A stretch of 64,000 bases of DNA from Octopus vulgaris (GCA_951406725.2 OX597827.1:50902001-50966000); one strand, 5' to 3'. Counted from the first letter of the stretch, positions 1 to 13,699 are shown. Translations and numbers: made by a program. Notes: a model not told the origin generated them from the sequence alone.

Positions 1-270
1 AGCAATGGATGATCTGAAGCTTTTTTAGTAACCACAAATAATAGATAGATTCCTTAATACAAACGGTAAGACTCTTCAGCAAAGTTATAGGTATGGAATT
101 TGGCATAGGTAAGTGCATAATAGTCATTAAAAAGGGACAGGTAGTCAGCAGTGAAGGCATCTAATTATCGTATGGCCAGGCATTAAAATCACTGAAAGAA
201 AGAGAAAGTTATAAGTATCTTGGAGTGTTAGAATCTGACAGAGTACTAACTATAGAAATGAGAGTAACTG
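1..270 (+). mobile_element. R4/Dong-clade non-LTR retrotransposon RT fragment (degenerate)
   Basis: Translates with frameshifts to MDDLKLF ... RLFSKVIGMEFGIGKC ... YKYLGVLESD, the YMDD catalytic and thumb motifs of R4/Dong RTs. Confidence 0.8.
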
Positions 271-274
271 TCTT

Positions 275-445
275 CGAATACTCTTATTATCGTTGATTGC
301 CTGAAATGGGGAGTAGATAGACAACCAGCAACTGATGAAGGGTCATTCCTTGTATTGTCTTTTTTCTCGTTATTTGCGTATTTAACTCATTTGTTTTCGC
401 ATTTCATGTTGTTTACTGTTGTTGACTTCCTGTACCCATATATGC
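275..445 (+). mobile_element. Probable Penelope-like element 3' terminal remnant
   Basis: GAAA..GTA-gatag half-hammerhead near 300-322, then a T-rich tail ending at a (CA)n/(TA)n tract. Same architecture as other units in the window. Confidence 0.4.
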
Positions 446-484
446 ACACACACACACACACACACATGTATATACATATACATA

Positions 485-669
485 TATAAGTTCAGCAAAA
501 TTTAGATTCAAATGAATATGGTACTTAAGTCAGATGCACCAGAATTTTGTACGGTGTTATCCATAGAAATCCATGGGATGATTATAATCAAAGTAAGCAA
601 CAAGAATAAAATAATGTAGCGTGAAACGATCGTACCATATTACCGAAGATATTCTTGTTGCTTACTTTG

Positions 670-671
<2 letters not shown>
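485..671 (-). mobile_element. Microsatellite-flanked unit with terminal inversion (probable Penelope-like remnant)
   Basis: 22-bp perfect inverted repeat at 587-608/650-671. The spacer contains GAAA-CGATCG-TA (hammerhead 3' half). Confidence 0.45.
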
Positions 672-722
<51 letters not shown>

Positions 723-763
723 TACATACATACAGACAGACAGACAGACAGACAGACAGATAA

Positions 764-855
<92 letters not shown>

Positions 856-929
856 CATTGTATTTGATGTTCTAAGACAACATCCATGCTAAGTCGTATA
901 TACATAACATACATACATACATACATACA

Positions 930-960
<31 letters not shown>
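672..960. repeat. Compound microsatellite (CA)n,(GACA)n,(GATA)n,(CATA)n
   Basis: Directly visible. Confidence 0.95.
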
Positions 961-962
<2 letters not shown>

Positions 963-1592
963 GCGTGTGTGTGTTCTATCTTAAAATGCTTGTTGTCTTT
1001 CTTAATTTCTATCGCCTCTAGAACTTGACTCTTCACCCATTCATATTGACCCTCCACCGTGTCACGAACAGCTCTGCCTCCATTTAATGTTTAATTAGAT
1101 TGGATTTCAGAATTGCCTCCTTTGTGTTTCTTGACCAAAATTAGTCATTAAAGCTAATTCTCTTCATTACGGACAGAATTTTAATTAATTAACTTTTTTG
1201 GCTCACTGCACTTAGTATGCTAACCTCCACTTAAATATTATAGATAATTCATCAGTAACTATACTGAATACCCTCGGCAAACCATCTAACATTGTCTTGT
1301 TTGTTAATGATGTTCACTTGTACACTTCACCTAATATTCGAGGCGATTCAGTAACAGTAGGCATTAATAGACGTCATATATATTGAAGGTGCATAACAGC
1401 ATTACGCTCGTATCTTGTAGTTAGAAATTTTCCTTTTCCTCTATTTCGTTTTTGAAAATTAGTGTCTTCTGAATTTTGCGCTCACAACCTAGATTTATCT
1501 TTCACCATTTCTGCTCGCTCCAAATCTATTACGACTTATCTTGAGTAAATATTGCCTCGCCTTCAAATGCATGTCCATCGAACACACATTGC

Positions 1593-1993
1593 GGATCTTT
1601 TCGGTTTGAACGGCAGTTTTTTCTAGTGGTGTCATATGAAATTGTCACCCATAATTATGACCCTAATATCGATCTCTTGCATTTCAATCTGTTTTAGGGT
1701 TAGGGTTAGGGGTGGGGGTAAGGGTATCTTTTTTTCTTCACAAATGTAAATAAACCCAATCTGTTTCTTAAACGAGGGACATATTCATACGGCACAGAAT
1801 GTTTTTTTTACCTCAATACACGCCAGTGATTGGTTGAAATTGCAGAAATTGAAGAAAAAAAACTATAGAATTTTCTCAATATAGCCAAGAGAAAAAGATA
1901 TTTTATAAACACATTCTACCAGTATACGAAGTTTGAAATTTTTTAGTTACCTAGAAATTATGTTAAAAACTGCCGTTCAAACCGAAAAGATCC
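1593..1993. mobile_element. MITE, Merlin-like (401 bp)
   Basis: ~29-bp perfect TIR GGATCTTTTCGGTTTGAACGGCAGTTTTT and perfect 8-bp TSD CACATTGC (1585-1592, 1994-2001). GG termini with an 8-bp TSD fit the Merlin superfamily. Confidence 0.85.
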
Positions 1994-3602
1994 CACATTG
2001 CTTAACTTTCAACAGTGACATGGTTAAAACAGGTATTAGGAAAGAGAAGTGTAGATGTTCAGAGATGTTTACTAGTTACGTTACTTTTGCTTGTGTGTGT
2101 GTGTGAGTGTGTGTACGTTCGTGTGTGCGTACACTAAGATAAAAAGATATATAGACTAATCAGATAGATATAGAGAGTGATACACAAACACAGACACACG
2201 GTTGTGCTTAGTGTGTAAATGTGTGCACCCGCACGCGCGGCAGAATTCAAATAATGTTAGTTATATTGCTACCTGTACATTATATTAATAGGTAGCAATT
2301 AATGTTACATTGTTTAGCACTGTGTCGACATTTAATATGAATGTTCTTCCAAACTAAATTAGTTCTCTATTGGTGCCGAATACCCACACGCTGAAAGAAA
2401 ATAGTAATGATGAGAATGATGCAAATATTGTGCATTTATCCGTAAGTGTGGGAAAGTATTCTATTGAAAAAAAGGTGGCATCGATTGTGTTTATTTAGCG
2501 AGAGTGGATGCTAAAAGCAAAAAGAAAATGATAATAATTGTCAATAAAAGATAGGACAAACAACAGAGAACGAGAAATTGTGGATTTTACGATGAACTGA
2601 TTGGAAATAAATGATTCACGTGAAGAAAATAGAAAAAAAAATGTGATGGTTGTTCAAGAAAGAAATGAAGAGTGGAAGAGTATACAGCATAACAGAGTGA
2701 GAAATGGATGTGTAAAAGTGCCGTTGGGTAGAAAATGCGATCAACAATCTCTAATATATGGATTACTGATCTCCTCTTCAAAGAACTAATAGATGTATTT
2801 AGCAGAAAAGTCAATCTGTTTTCTTCACCAATCTAATAATACGTAAAAACAGAAATAGAAAATATAGAATTAATCTCAAAGGATCCTTTTTACATGGCTC
2901 CATACACAAACATAGTTCTTTGGAAATGGGTGCTTTTCGTTTTGTTTTTTGTTGTGTGTTTTTAGTTTGTTTCAACCATCGTGACTAAGACCATGCTGGG
3001 GTAATGCTTTTATATGCAGCTATATAAAATTGAAAGTGAAAAGAGATACAACATTATTCTAGGGCATTCAAACAAATATTTATTTTCTGTAAATAACTAT
3101 ACATTTATTTATGCCTCTTCAAAGTATACACAGATTCCATGCAATATATGCATTCGAAAATGTATTCTTGACATGGGCTCAGCTTGAACAAACACACTTT
3201 ACTGCTTTTTTAATACAAAGAAATGATTAAAAACAAGAGAAAACGGCATGTAAATAAAGTGTGGATACTACTTATATTTTTTATATCTGTATTGTATAGA
3301 TTGTTTTTTTCAAGGATGAACTGCGGGAAAAATATTCTATGGCAAAATATATTTCACAATAAATGTTTTATTTACGAGAGTGTTACCCATCATATGACGA
3401 GTAACTATAACTTTGAAAGTATATTTTTGCCACTATAGGCAGTATCAGGAGATAGGGTATACATGCAATAATTATTATTTAACATTTATCATTTTTAAGT
3501 TTATCTCAATCGAATTCCGAGTCAGCACTGAGAGTTACAGAGTTTCGTATATAAATACGTTTATGTAAACAATGCGATCGAAGAGGAATAAGAATGCATA
3601 AA

Positions 3603-3657
3603 GGAATGGGTAGAGCATTATTTCAAGAATTATTGCTCTTTCATCAGTACCACATCC
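3603..3657 (-). ncRNA. Minimal type-I hammerhead ribozyme motif
   Basis: Minus strand: ggatgtggta-CTGATGA-aagag caataa ttctt-GAAA-taatgc-TC-tacccattcc. Stems I and II pair and the core is complete. Confidence 0.55.
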
Positions 3658-3915
3658 AACTCCTCAACAATCCATGAACGCATTGCTTAAATACCTATTA
3701 AGTTTAGTGGTGTAACTCTATTAAGTAGACCAATTTACATATTGAACACATTCCTCGCAATTGGTACGTAAATACTAATTGCTAACAAGGTCATGGTATT
3801 TCATTTTGTCATATTTCTTGAAGCTTTTCCAAAAATGGCTAAATGAATGCTAATTTTCAAAAGAAAAATATTTCTTATATGAAGCAAAATTAAATTAAAT
3901 AAACTTCTCATTTCA

Positions 3916-4333
3916 CAGGCTTGGCTGTGTGGCAAGAAGTTTGCTTCCCAACTACATGGTTTGGGGTTCAGTCCCACTACGTGGTGCCTTGGGCAAGTGA
4001 CTCCTGCTGTACCCTTGGGCCGACCAAAGCCTTGTGAGTGGATTCAGTAGACGGAAACTGAAAGGAGCCCGCTGTGTATAATATATACTAATATATATCT
4101 ATGTGTGTGCCCCTTTGTGTCTCTGTTTGTCCCCCACCACCGCTTGACAACCAGTATTGATTTGTTTACATCCCCGTAACAGTAGCGGTTCAACAAAAGA
4201 GAACGACAGAATAAGTACCGACCTTTACAAAAAATAATAAGTATTGGGATCGATTCATTCGACTAAACATCCTTGAAGGCGATACTCCAGCATGGCCGCA
4301 GTCTAATGACTGAAACTAGTAAAAGATAAAAGG
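3916..4333 (+). mobile_element. tRNA-derived SINE, family A
   Basis: A-box/B-box head (GGCTGTGTGG...GGGTTCAGTCCC), CCTTGGGCAAG core, internal microsatellite, CAGCATGGCCGCAGTC...AAAGATAAAAG tail. Multiple copies in the window. Confidence 0.9.
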
Positions 4334-4359
4334 TAAAAGACATTTACTGCAAATATATG

Positions 4360-4600
4360 CTATTATTTTCTTAAGTATTATTAACATAATCGCAATCTAC
4401 TCCGTGGAAAAGCTATTTCTGCAAAATTTCATTCAAAGATGTGTTGTTTTTTATATATTTTTCAAAAAGTTGTAACACTCATCCAGTTCTCTGTATCTCT
4501 CTTTTACTTTCGCTTTCCCCCTCTCGATTTATGACGTAAAACTTGACTGAAGAAACAAACCAACGAACACTTATGTCGACTATTATTATTATTAAGAGAT
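4360..4600 (+). mobile_element. Possible Helentron-associated (HINE/DINE-like) 3' remnant
   Basis: AAATTTCATTCAAAGAT motif, then an (AAAC)-like tract, then a TATTATTAAGAGAT end. Pattern resemblance only. Confidence 0.3.
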
Positions 4601-4733
4601 TGTATTACAGCTCATAGTTTTACATCTCGTAATTGGCTGTATTCTTTTTCCTGGTTTGAGACCGAAATTTTTTCATCCTAATTGCGTAGTCAATATGGTG
4701 GTGAGTGTGTATCTGTGCATGTGTGTGTGCGTG

Positions 4734-4783
<50 letters not shown>

Positions 4784-7700
4784 CGTGCGTGCGTGTAAGA
4801 AGTAGATTTGTATTTATACAGATACGGGTATCTGCTTGTGAATCTTTTATGGCTATAAACTTAATATTAGTAAACTAAATATTCAGATTTCCATAGTATT
4901 CTAGGCGATTTCACCGTCTAAATACTTCAAGGCGGTTCCCAAGCATGGCTGCATTCCAGTGACTGTAACGATAAAAGAAAAACTCAAAAATAAAAAAAAA
5001 GAATAAATGTAGGGTGTCCAATTTTTAAAACATTAGATTTCGGTTTCTGTCTCGATTATCAGAGTCTTCTCGGAGATGCTTCCTTATCACGGAAATTTTG
5101 ATATGAATCATTTGTTTGCATAATAATACATATGCTGTCTATAGCATTATATATGAGATGACGTTAATGTCGTGTTGCTCTTTCACAGTATACTAATAGG
5201 AATGGTGCCATATGCTGAAAAACGCTCAATCTATATTTGCTATTGCGACTGATACTATCAGATGTGTCTCTTGAATTCATGACTGAATCTTGTAAAATAA
5301 ACCTTCAAAATAATAAGCAATATAATGAAAAGTAGTTGATACGATCTTCTATCGATGAAATCTTGGAGCTATTTTCATTTGTTAGTACTATGCTAAATAT
5401 TCCAGAACAATTTTATTTTCAGAGAACATTATCCATTATAATTGGGATCATGCTATTTGAAAAATTACTTTTCATCTATTTTTGTTTTGCTTCTTGTTAT
5501 TCCTCATCACTGTATATGTAATCAGATGTCGTTAAACGGTGGTGAGCTTCAAGCGAGACAATTCCGGGACTTCATATCGATTCCTCTTTTATGCAAATGA
5601 ATTACGGGACAATGTCATTTTAAATATGCTTTGTGTATTTCTGTTTTTAACTAGACACTACAACATGGGAAACAGTTTGGAGAAATTATACGCTTCCCTT
5701 TTCATAATTTATTATATTATTACTACTTTGATACAAGTGTCTATGATTAGATTAGATTTTCCGGCGAGTGAGATCTTTTGTGTATCCAATGAAATTCCTA
5801 ATGATAATATATTAGACGCTGAATTAAAGAAGAGTAACATAATTAATTTAGGCAGATTATGCTTCGTACTTTGACTTCTAGCTGCTGTGGCAACTGTTTC
5901 TTCTTTTTTTTTTTTTTCAAATCTTATTCAGCAGAAAGCAAAATTATAAGATGTAAAAATTTCCTTATTATAATTTAACAAATATATTCCATAAACTGTT
6001 GAATTTATATAACCCTTTCTAATTATTTGCAAGTGATTTGTCATGTTCCAACATTGAGGGTATTTCATAATTCATTTAATTACGTCTCAATTTCCTGCGT
6101 TCCAGATCCCACAAAACACTCGTGCAAAAGAGCATCTGCTGTTTCTCTTACTTGCCTTATATCAACATGGCTTATCGATCAGGAAGAAATTTACAGTTCA
6201 TTACCTTCTGTTGATGTTGTCTTTCTTGATTGCAAAGCTTCTAACTTTAATGGAGTTTTTCTTTTCTTGGCTTATTGATTTCTCCCGAAATGTTCTTGGG
6301 AATATTTTAGTTAAATTCTCGTCAATTTATGGAATAAACCTTGAAAAGTGCTCCTAAAAATTAATCTCCTTGCGGCAGTCGAAATCTACTTGAAAAACAT
6401 TTATACTTCACGTGTAATATTCTCTCAAGAAGGCGTGGGCGCACACATGACTGTGTGGTTTAGAAGTTTGTTTCGCATAGAAGTTTGTTCGTTGCCAACG
6501 TTGTAGCAGAGAAATTAACTAATTTATTAAAATGTATTTTATATGTATTAAAAATACATTAAAATTGAATAAGAGAAAGATACATTGTAATGCTATTAGA
6601 AATAAAGAAAAATAAATATTACACTTAACTCGTACTACGATATTTCGGTTAAAACATTCGCGCTCGCACAGACACGCGTGCATAGCAAAATACGATTAAT
6701 TTTGTAGCCAACAGATTCTTTTATTTAGCCGTATGTTTAAGAAGTTCTTGAGCAGCTATTTTAACACAAAGCCAAAGTACGAAGCACAAGCAACTTAAAT
6801 GAATTTTTTATATTACCCCCACTTAAAATCCAACTCCTTAGACACTTGCTCAAAGTGCTAAACAAAGGGATTCAATCCGCATGTATATGCAAAACGAACT
6901 GTTTCTAAACAGACTGAGGTACAGTTACGTGATCTTCGTTTCAAAGCACTTTTAGGAGAAATGCAGGTCTTTTTCATTGCATTTGTATACCAAACACAAT
7001 ACTCTCCTCCTGAAATATAAGCAAAAATAGTGAAATGGTTTGTCAAAATATACTGATATATATATATTGAAAGACGAGAACGAATATAATATAACAGAAT
7101 AATAGAACAAAGTTTATGCTCGGTATACCAAGCAATGAGGACTACTTTTGACCGAGAAATACCATATATTGACAGAAAAGTTGGTTTTTTTTTATGTGCG
7201 CATTGGAAAGCATAAGTTAATCTCAAAATCCAAGTACAAAAATAAATATTTCCTCAACAATTTATGGCCAAAAGGACAGCCTATGACAGAAGATCTAATA
7301 CGAAAACGCAGATGATATCCATGAAAATGCGTTTTTCTATATTTATTTTGTAACATTGAACTTCCTATGCGTGAAATCTTGACTTATGTATGTACGCTTT
7401 ACATTTAACCACAATCTTGTATATGTGCGTGCGTGCGTACATTTGTGTACGTGTGCATGTATGTATAAAAAGGAAGTATGTATGTATGAAAAGGATGTTT
7501 AGCGACGAAAGTGTGATTAGAAGTTTCAAAACCAATTTATTGAATTTTTATGTTAAATGAAATGTTAACAAATCAATTTATCAAAATACCTGATGAAATC
7601 AACACCTGCAACATACATGTTTCAACTCCTACATCTGTTCGTTAATTTAAACTTACCTCTCTTTCTATATATACATCAAAAGAACTATGAACTGACATAA

Positions 7701-8241
7701 CTTTTCTTGGTTAGAGACCTGTCAATGCAGAGAACTGACCGCGAGTAGCTTGAAGGGAAGGAATGTTAGTATTAATTCCCCTGTGCGAGCTTGGAGCAGT
7801 AATTGCGAATGTACTTCCTCTCATGTAAGCAAGGTGTGTCTCCGATTTGACATTTAAGCACATCCCACGCGTGGGGCAGCTCTCTTGTCCTTGCTCAACA
7901 CAATACACATCTTGCATATATATATATATATATATATATAATAGGTTCCATTTGATGATATAGTCTGCAGTCTTCTTCAACAGCCGTGTTTTTAGCCAGT
8001 GTAGTAACGCTCTACTTCTCAGAGCTCCTGAAGGATATGATGTTGTTATGAGTGAACCTCCTGTTCAGTATATAATTTCAGTACAATTAAAAGTGCATTA
8101 TAAGATATATTCGCATCATATATGCTGAGCATGTCCTAGAGCATCTTTTGAATCTCAGAATGCGTTTACAAGTAATTGTTCTCTAAACCAAGTCTTAATG
8201 AACACTTCAGTATATCCTACCAATGCTGGAGTATCTATGCA

Positions 8242-8436
8242 ACTCGCTAGATCAGCTAGAAACGGCAGCCAAATATCCCTCAAATCATACCCTATCTGTA
8301 TTAAATAAATAAGGATGTGTTGGACAACGCAGTTTCTGCTATACAGAGAATCGTGATGACCGTGGCTGAAACGCATTTGATGAAAGATATATATGTACCT
8401 GATCAAGCCTGACCTCGGGCTAAAGAAAACAGCAAC
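8242..8436 (+). mobile_element. Dispersed repeat family E (SINE/LINE 3' tail)
   Basis: GCTAGAAA..GCAGCCAAAT.TCCCTCAAATCA...GATCAAG.CTGACCT..(AAC)-like tail. Related copies near 22805, 43490, 45600 and 56450. Confidence 0.6.
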
Positions 8437-9027
8437 TTCAGTTTATAATGACTTAATATAAAGGATTTACTGACAAAAGAATATATTAAACTAAAAGCAA
8501 AGAACGTGAATTAAAGAAAAATGAATGAGAAGGCCATGAAGTCAGAAATGTATCAGCGACAACGATATTAAAAAGTATTGTCTGTTATATTTTACGTATT
8601 ATCACTCAAGTAATCAATTCATACGTTTCTGGATTTTACTGGCGTTTTCATGGACGATGTGGCTTTTTCCTAATAACTTTTACATTTCAAAATGACGAAA
8701 GTAAAATATTCACCTACATTTTCCTAATACATATATTGGAGTACGAACGTGAGTGTATGTATGTATGTATGTATGGTGGTGGTAAATACAGATGAAATGG
8801 ATACACTTGTATGCGTGCGCATGTATGTTATGCACAGTCCGTGCGTATTTAATGTATATTTTCATGGCAGTGTCTATATAATTGTCTACACAAACTCGGT
8901 AAGTAAATCAATAGAGTTTACCTCACTGTAATTAAATGAATGCAATGCTTGAGTGAAATATCAAGAAAATGAAATATGATGTACGGAAGGTTTCAGAAAG
9001 ATAACCACGTTTACTGCGATGAACGAA

Positions 9028-9390
<363 letters not shown>

Positions 9391-9644
9391 ATGCTATCAT
9401 CATACATACATAAAAGGAATGCGGTGTGAAAATGGGGAGAAAAAACGCTTGATTAAATACAGTGACATCGAAAATTGTATTACAATAGCGTTTTACTCCT
9501 GACAATTCTATCTGAAATATTTTTATTGCAACCAACGTCATCTTTTCCAGTTTGTGTGTTTGTATACAGTTTGCTTGTTTGTATTATTTGAGACAAATGT
9601 CTATGTTCATGACCGTAGATATGTTAGTTTTGGTTTCTGCTCAC

Positions 9645-9654
9645 TGTGTGTATG

Positions 9655-9720
<66 letters not shown>

Positions 9721-9792
9721 CGTTCTCTCCATTTCTTTTTTCCCCAATATATTTACTATGGTTTGCTTCCTCGCTTTTTTACCATCCTTCAG

Positions 9793-9857
<65 letters not shown>

Positions 9858-9895
9858 CACACACACACACAGACACACATACACACTTACACACA
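9645..9895. repeat. (TG)n,(TC)n,(CA)n tracts
   Basis: Directly visible. Confidence 0.95.
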
Positions 9896-10466
9896 ATTAT
9901 TTCTTTCTTTCCCTTGTTCCTTCTGTCTATCAATATTCATGTGAACAAAGTTGGAAATGTAAAAACAAATATAAGCATATTTAGATACCACTGTCCATTA
10001 GAATTTTATTTCGCGCTATTGTAAATGGAATTGATAATCGTCTTAATAGTCACAGAGATAAAATCACCGACCAGATCGCAGTGGACAAGTGTTAGGGTCT
10101 TTGTTAAGTAGACTCTTTAAGCTGAAATACTTTGATGCCAAAGAATGTGTGTACCTGCCTCTCTGGTCGTTGTATAATACTCTGTTGGTTAGTATTTCTA
10201 TATTGATAGTAGGATTAAAGTAAAGCTGCTATAGTTATCCGACAGATATGATAAACGGTTTGCAATACTTGACGCAGCTGAGGCCAATAGATTACTTTAA
10301 CGTAAGATATGTGTTAATACGAAGTCGAAATACCAATTCTAAGATTTCAGTGGTCGAAGTAAACTGGAACAAAATATTACTAAAAGAAACTGAGAAATTG
10401 TTAATCTAACCTTACTCAAGATAAGTCTAGGATTTCAATTGAAGAGAGGTTATCTAGTGAATGACA

Positions 10467-10881
10467 TACTCTTACTCTTTACTCTTTTACTTGTTTCAGT
10501 CATTTGACTGCGACCATGCTGGAGCACAGCCTTTAATCGAGCAACTCGACCCCGGGACTTATTCTTTTGTAAGCCCAGTACTTATTCTATCGGTCTCTTT
10601 TACCGAACCGCTAAGTTACGGGGACGTAAACACACCAGCATCGGTTGTCAAGCAATGCTAGGGGGGAAAACACAGACACACAAACACACATACATATATA
10701 TATATACATACATATATACGACAGGCTTCTTTCGGTTTCCGTCTACCAAATCCACTCACAAGGCATTGGTCGGCCCGGGGCTATAGCAGAAGACACTTGC
10801 CCAAGATGCCACGCAGTGGGACTGAAACCGGGACCATGTGGTTGGTTAGCAAGCTACTTACCACACAGCCACTCCTGTGCC
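10467..10881 (-). mobile_element. tRNA-derived SINE, family A (full length)
   Basis: Reverse complement of the family A head, core and tail. CpGs largely retained. Confidence 0.92.
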
Positions 10882-12229
10882 TATATATATTTTTTAATTT
10901 CTTTTTTCCTTCTTTTTTTTTTTGTAAAAAGTTAGTTGTAACATTCAACATCGCCATAAAACTCCATATCAATCCCTGCTTTTAATAATATGAAAATATT
11001 TAACTGTTTTAACTTGTTTGTGTGTATTGTGTAGTCGATATGTATGATAAGAACATTAGTAGATTCAATCTTTTCTGACTAGTGGGGTTAACTTATTTAT
11101 GCCATATGTTTCAGTGTCAGCTTGAAATCTTTAATCAAAATTCTTCGACCGAAATATTTTCAAAACTGCATTATATTGTTATGATTATGTGCAAATGTGT
11201 GGATATGGTGTGTGTGTGTGTCTGCTTGCATGTATGTACATCTATAAAACAGTGTAGTTAATTACTCTATTGAAACATGTTTTAAAAAACTAGAATGAGA
11301 GGTTCATTCAAGTAATTCACTTCGGTAACAAATTGTAGAGCGGCAATAAAACAATAGAAACTACATTTACGTTTTTTAACTACAACTAGTGATCATTACT
11401 TTATATCAAGTAAAAGCAATAAAAAAAACTACTTAATAATGACAGACATCTTTTATTCTTTGTTAACGTTTCTTTTTGGCATTATTAGTCCGTTCAATTG
11501 ATTAAGAAATTCTTGAATTTTATAGATAAGACCAAAATGGCTTTCAGTTAATCAATACATTTCCCCAACTGATTACAAAGAAATATTTTTATATTACTTT
11601 ACTCTTTGTCTTAGTTTACTTCTCCCAATTATTTACATTTGGCACCAGACCAACCAACGATTCTCTCAGTTGCTTTGACCTTAAAAATTTTGTTGGAACT
11701 GATTCGCTCTCAGCTCGAACCTAAAAAAATTCTTTCTAGAAACCTGGAGAAATGTGTGTGAAAATTTAAAATTTGAACATTTCATTATTTAAATCTTATT
11801 GATCTTCATTCAATGTTATGAACCTTTAAATCTCGAATAACAATGTTGTAGTTTCAAATTCTGACGATCATATGGTATGTGCTTCAGCCTCATTAACTGT
11901 GCCAATATGAAATCAATGGAAATAATATGATTCCTAAATAGTCATGCCTGTAAATAGAAAGATATCTTTTTTATGCCTGCTTTTTTTTTTTTTACCGCAG
12001 TTGCTTAACAAAAGTGTTGGTGGTTATATGTTCCCAGCGAATCAATCGCGGTTTCTCCTGCATCTACAATTGTGAGGACGTCAAAAGAATGTCTGTTATA
12101 CGGACGGTGTAAAACAAATATCGGAAAGGACTTTGTCTGAAGAGCACCGCGTTTCAGTTTTTCCTCGTCGATATTTATGTCCTTCGTCAACCTACATTGG
12201 GGAAAAATGTGCACATGCGCACATACACG

Positions 12230-12439
12230 AGAGAGAGGGGGGGAGGGAGGAAGGAAGGAAGGAAGGAAGGAAGGAAGGAAGGAAGGAAGGAAGGAAGGAA
12301 GGAAAGAAAAGGATGAAAGGAGGGAAGGAAAGAAAGAAAGAAAGAAAGAAAAAGAAAGAAAAAGAAAGAAAGAAAGAAGGAAAGAAAGATAAAAAGAAAG
12401 AAAGAAAAAAAGAAAAAGAAGGAAGGAAGGAAGAAATGA

Positions 12440-12507
<68 letters not shown>

Positions 12508-12512
12508 AAAGA
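12230..12512. repeat. Polypurine (GGAA)n/(GAAA)n tract
   Basis: Directly visible; source of the K/E/R-rich ORFs. Confidence 0.95.
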
Positions 12513-12663
12513 GTAAAAGTCTATGGCTGTCAAGCACATAACTAACCGTAATACTGTGATCTTGAAGGATGGTTCTTCAATGAAGGATCTACCGGTTCAT
12601 GCGATCAAATCACTGAAGATTGCTGCAAAAGTCACTGCGAAACGATGTTAGATTGTGAAGGCA

Positions 12664-12970
12664 TTATAGGTGTAGAGCAAGCAACTCGACCAAGTTTAGT
12701 AAGAGAGCTTCATTTTCCTTAATATTTTTTAGCCAGCTTGTTGGGACTAACGCAAGATTAAAGTTCGTTAATGATAACAATTGGAAAATATTCCATATTT
12801 TTAGCTGATAGATTTCAAGGTGTGCTTCAGGTTCCCCTGTGACGTAAACAATTGTCCTCAACAATTTTCTAAGTGAACGGGCACATTCAGTCGGATCTTA
12901 GCTTACAAGCGACCGATAGGAAATCATATTTCCGTGCCAAGCGCAACCAAAGCTTCATTCATTACGAACA
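12664..12970 (-). mobile_element. Possible very degraded Helitron PIF1-helicase fragment
   Basis: ORF ...EAHLEIYQLKIWN...LKNIKENEALLLNLVELLAL loosely resembles the LIIWDE...LRDIR.N..LMGG..VLLAGD region. Key residues are lost. Confidence 0.25.
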
Positions 12971-13269
12971 TCTGATTGATTACACATTTGCTAATGAACC
13001 TTTGAAACTTACATTAATGCATTCCTTCAACCTGTGATTCTGTGTCCGCGCTGCGAGCTGCTTTTAGGTGTGTTAGTACCATTCGTCTACAGCGAGAAAT
13101 TTTCTCCATGAGAAAACATAGTAAATGGCTTTTTTACGGGGTTTGAATATGCCCCAAGCATATTTGAACTGGTAATAATCTTGTATCTATATATATGTGT
13201 GGGGTGGGGATTTTTATAGTGTTTCCGCCTGTCAAAGCTCACTTACATGGAATTACCGACATAAAGTTC

Positions 13270-13640
13270 AATTCTCTCTCTATCCGCTCAGTCGAAGTCG
13301 ACTCTCGTTCACTCGTTGGACCAGTGTCCTCCAGCCAGTTCTATCCTGGGCCGCTTCTTTCAGATTGGCTATGTCCATTTCGGTATCACTCTTGATGGTG
13401 CCAAGCCAGCGGGTTCTTGGTCGGCCTCTTCCTCTCTTGCCACTGACCATTCCGAGCATGATGTCCTTCTCCAGGGATTTTCTCCGCATAATATGACCGA
13501 AATATGCCAATCTTTGCTTGTGATCCTAGCTTCTAGCGACATTTTCGGCCCTATCTGCTTAAGAACTTTTCCATTGGTGAGCCTCGCTGTCTATGGAATC
13601 CGCAAAAGTCTTCTCCAACACCAAAGCTCCAACACCAAAA
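13270..13640 (-). mobile_element. RTE-clade LINE 3' end
   Basis: LWCWRRLLRIP..., YFGHIMRR..SLEKDIMLG.V.GKRGRGRPRTRW...AAQDRTGWR, then a short (GA)n tail. Confidence 0.9.
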
Positions 13641-13699
13641 TTCAATAACTTATGCAATTATGTCTCATAATGAGTTCGAACTTGAAAATATTTCGTTAT

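Noticed and set aside
1694-1712. Telomere or chromosome-fusion relic
   Set aside because: Only three TTAGGG units, internal to a TIR element.
6650-7320. Possible decayed transposon or Maverick coding region
   Set aside because: Only vague peptide resemblance; no diagnostic motif or termini.
11975-12180. Strong splice acceptor (T-run + CCGCAG at 12000)
   Set aside because: All three frames close within ~110 bp, with no convincing donor or recognisable peptide.
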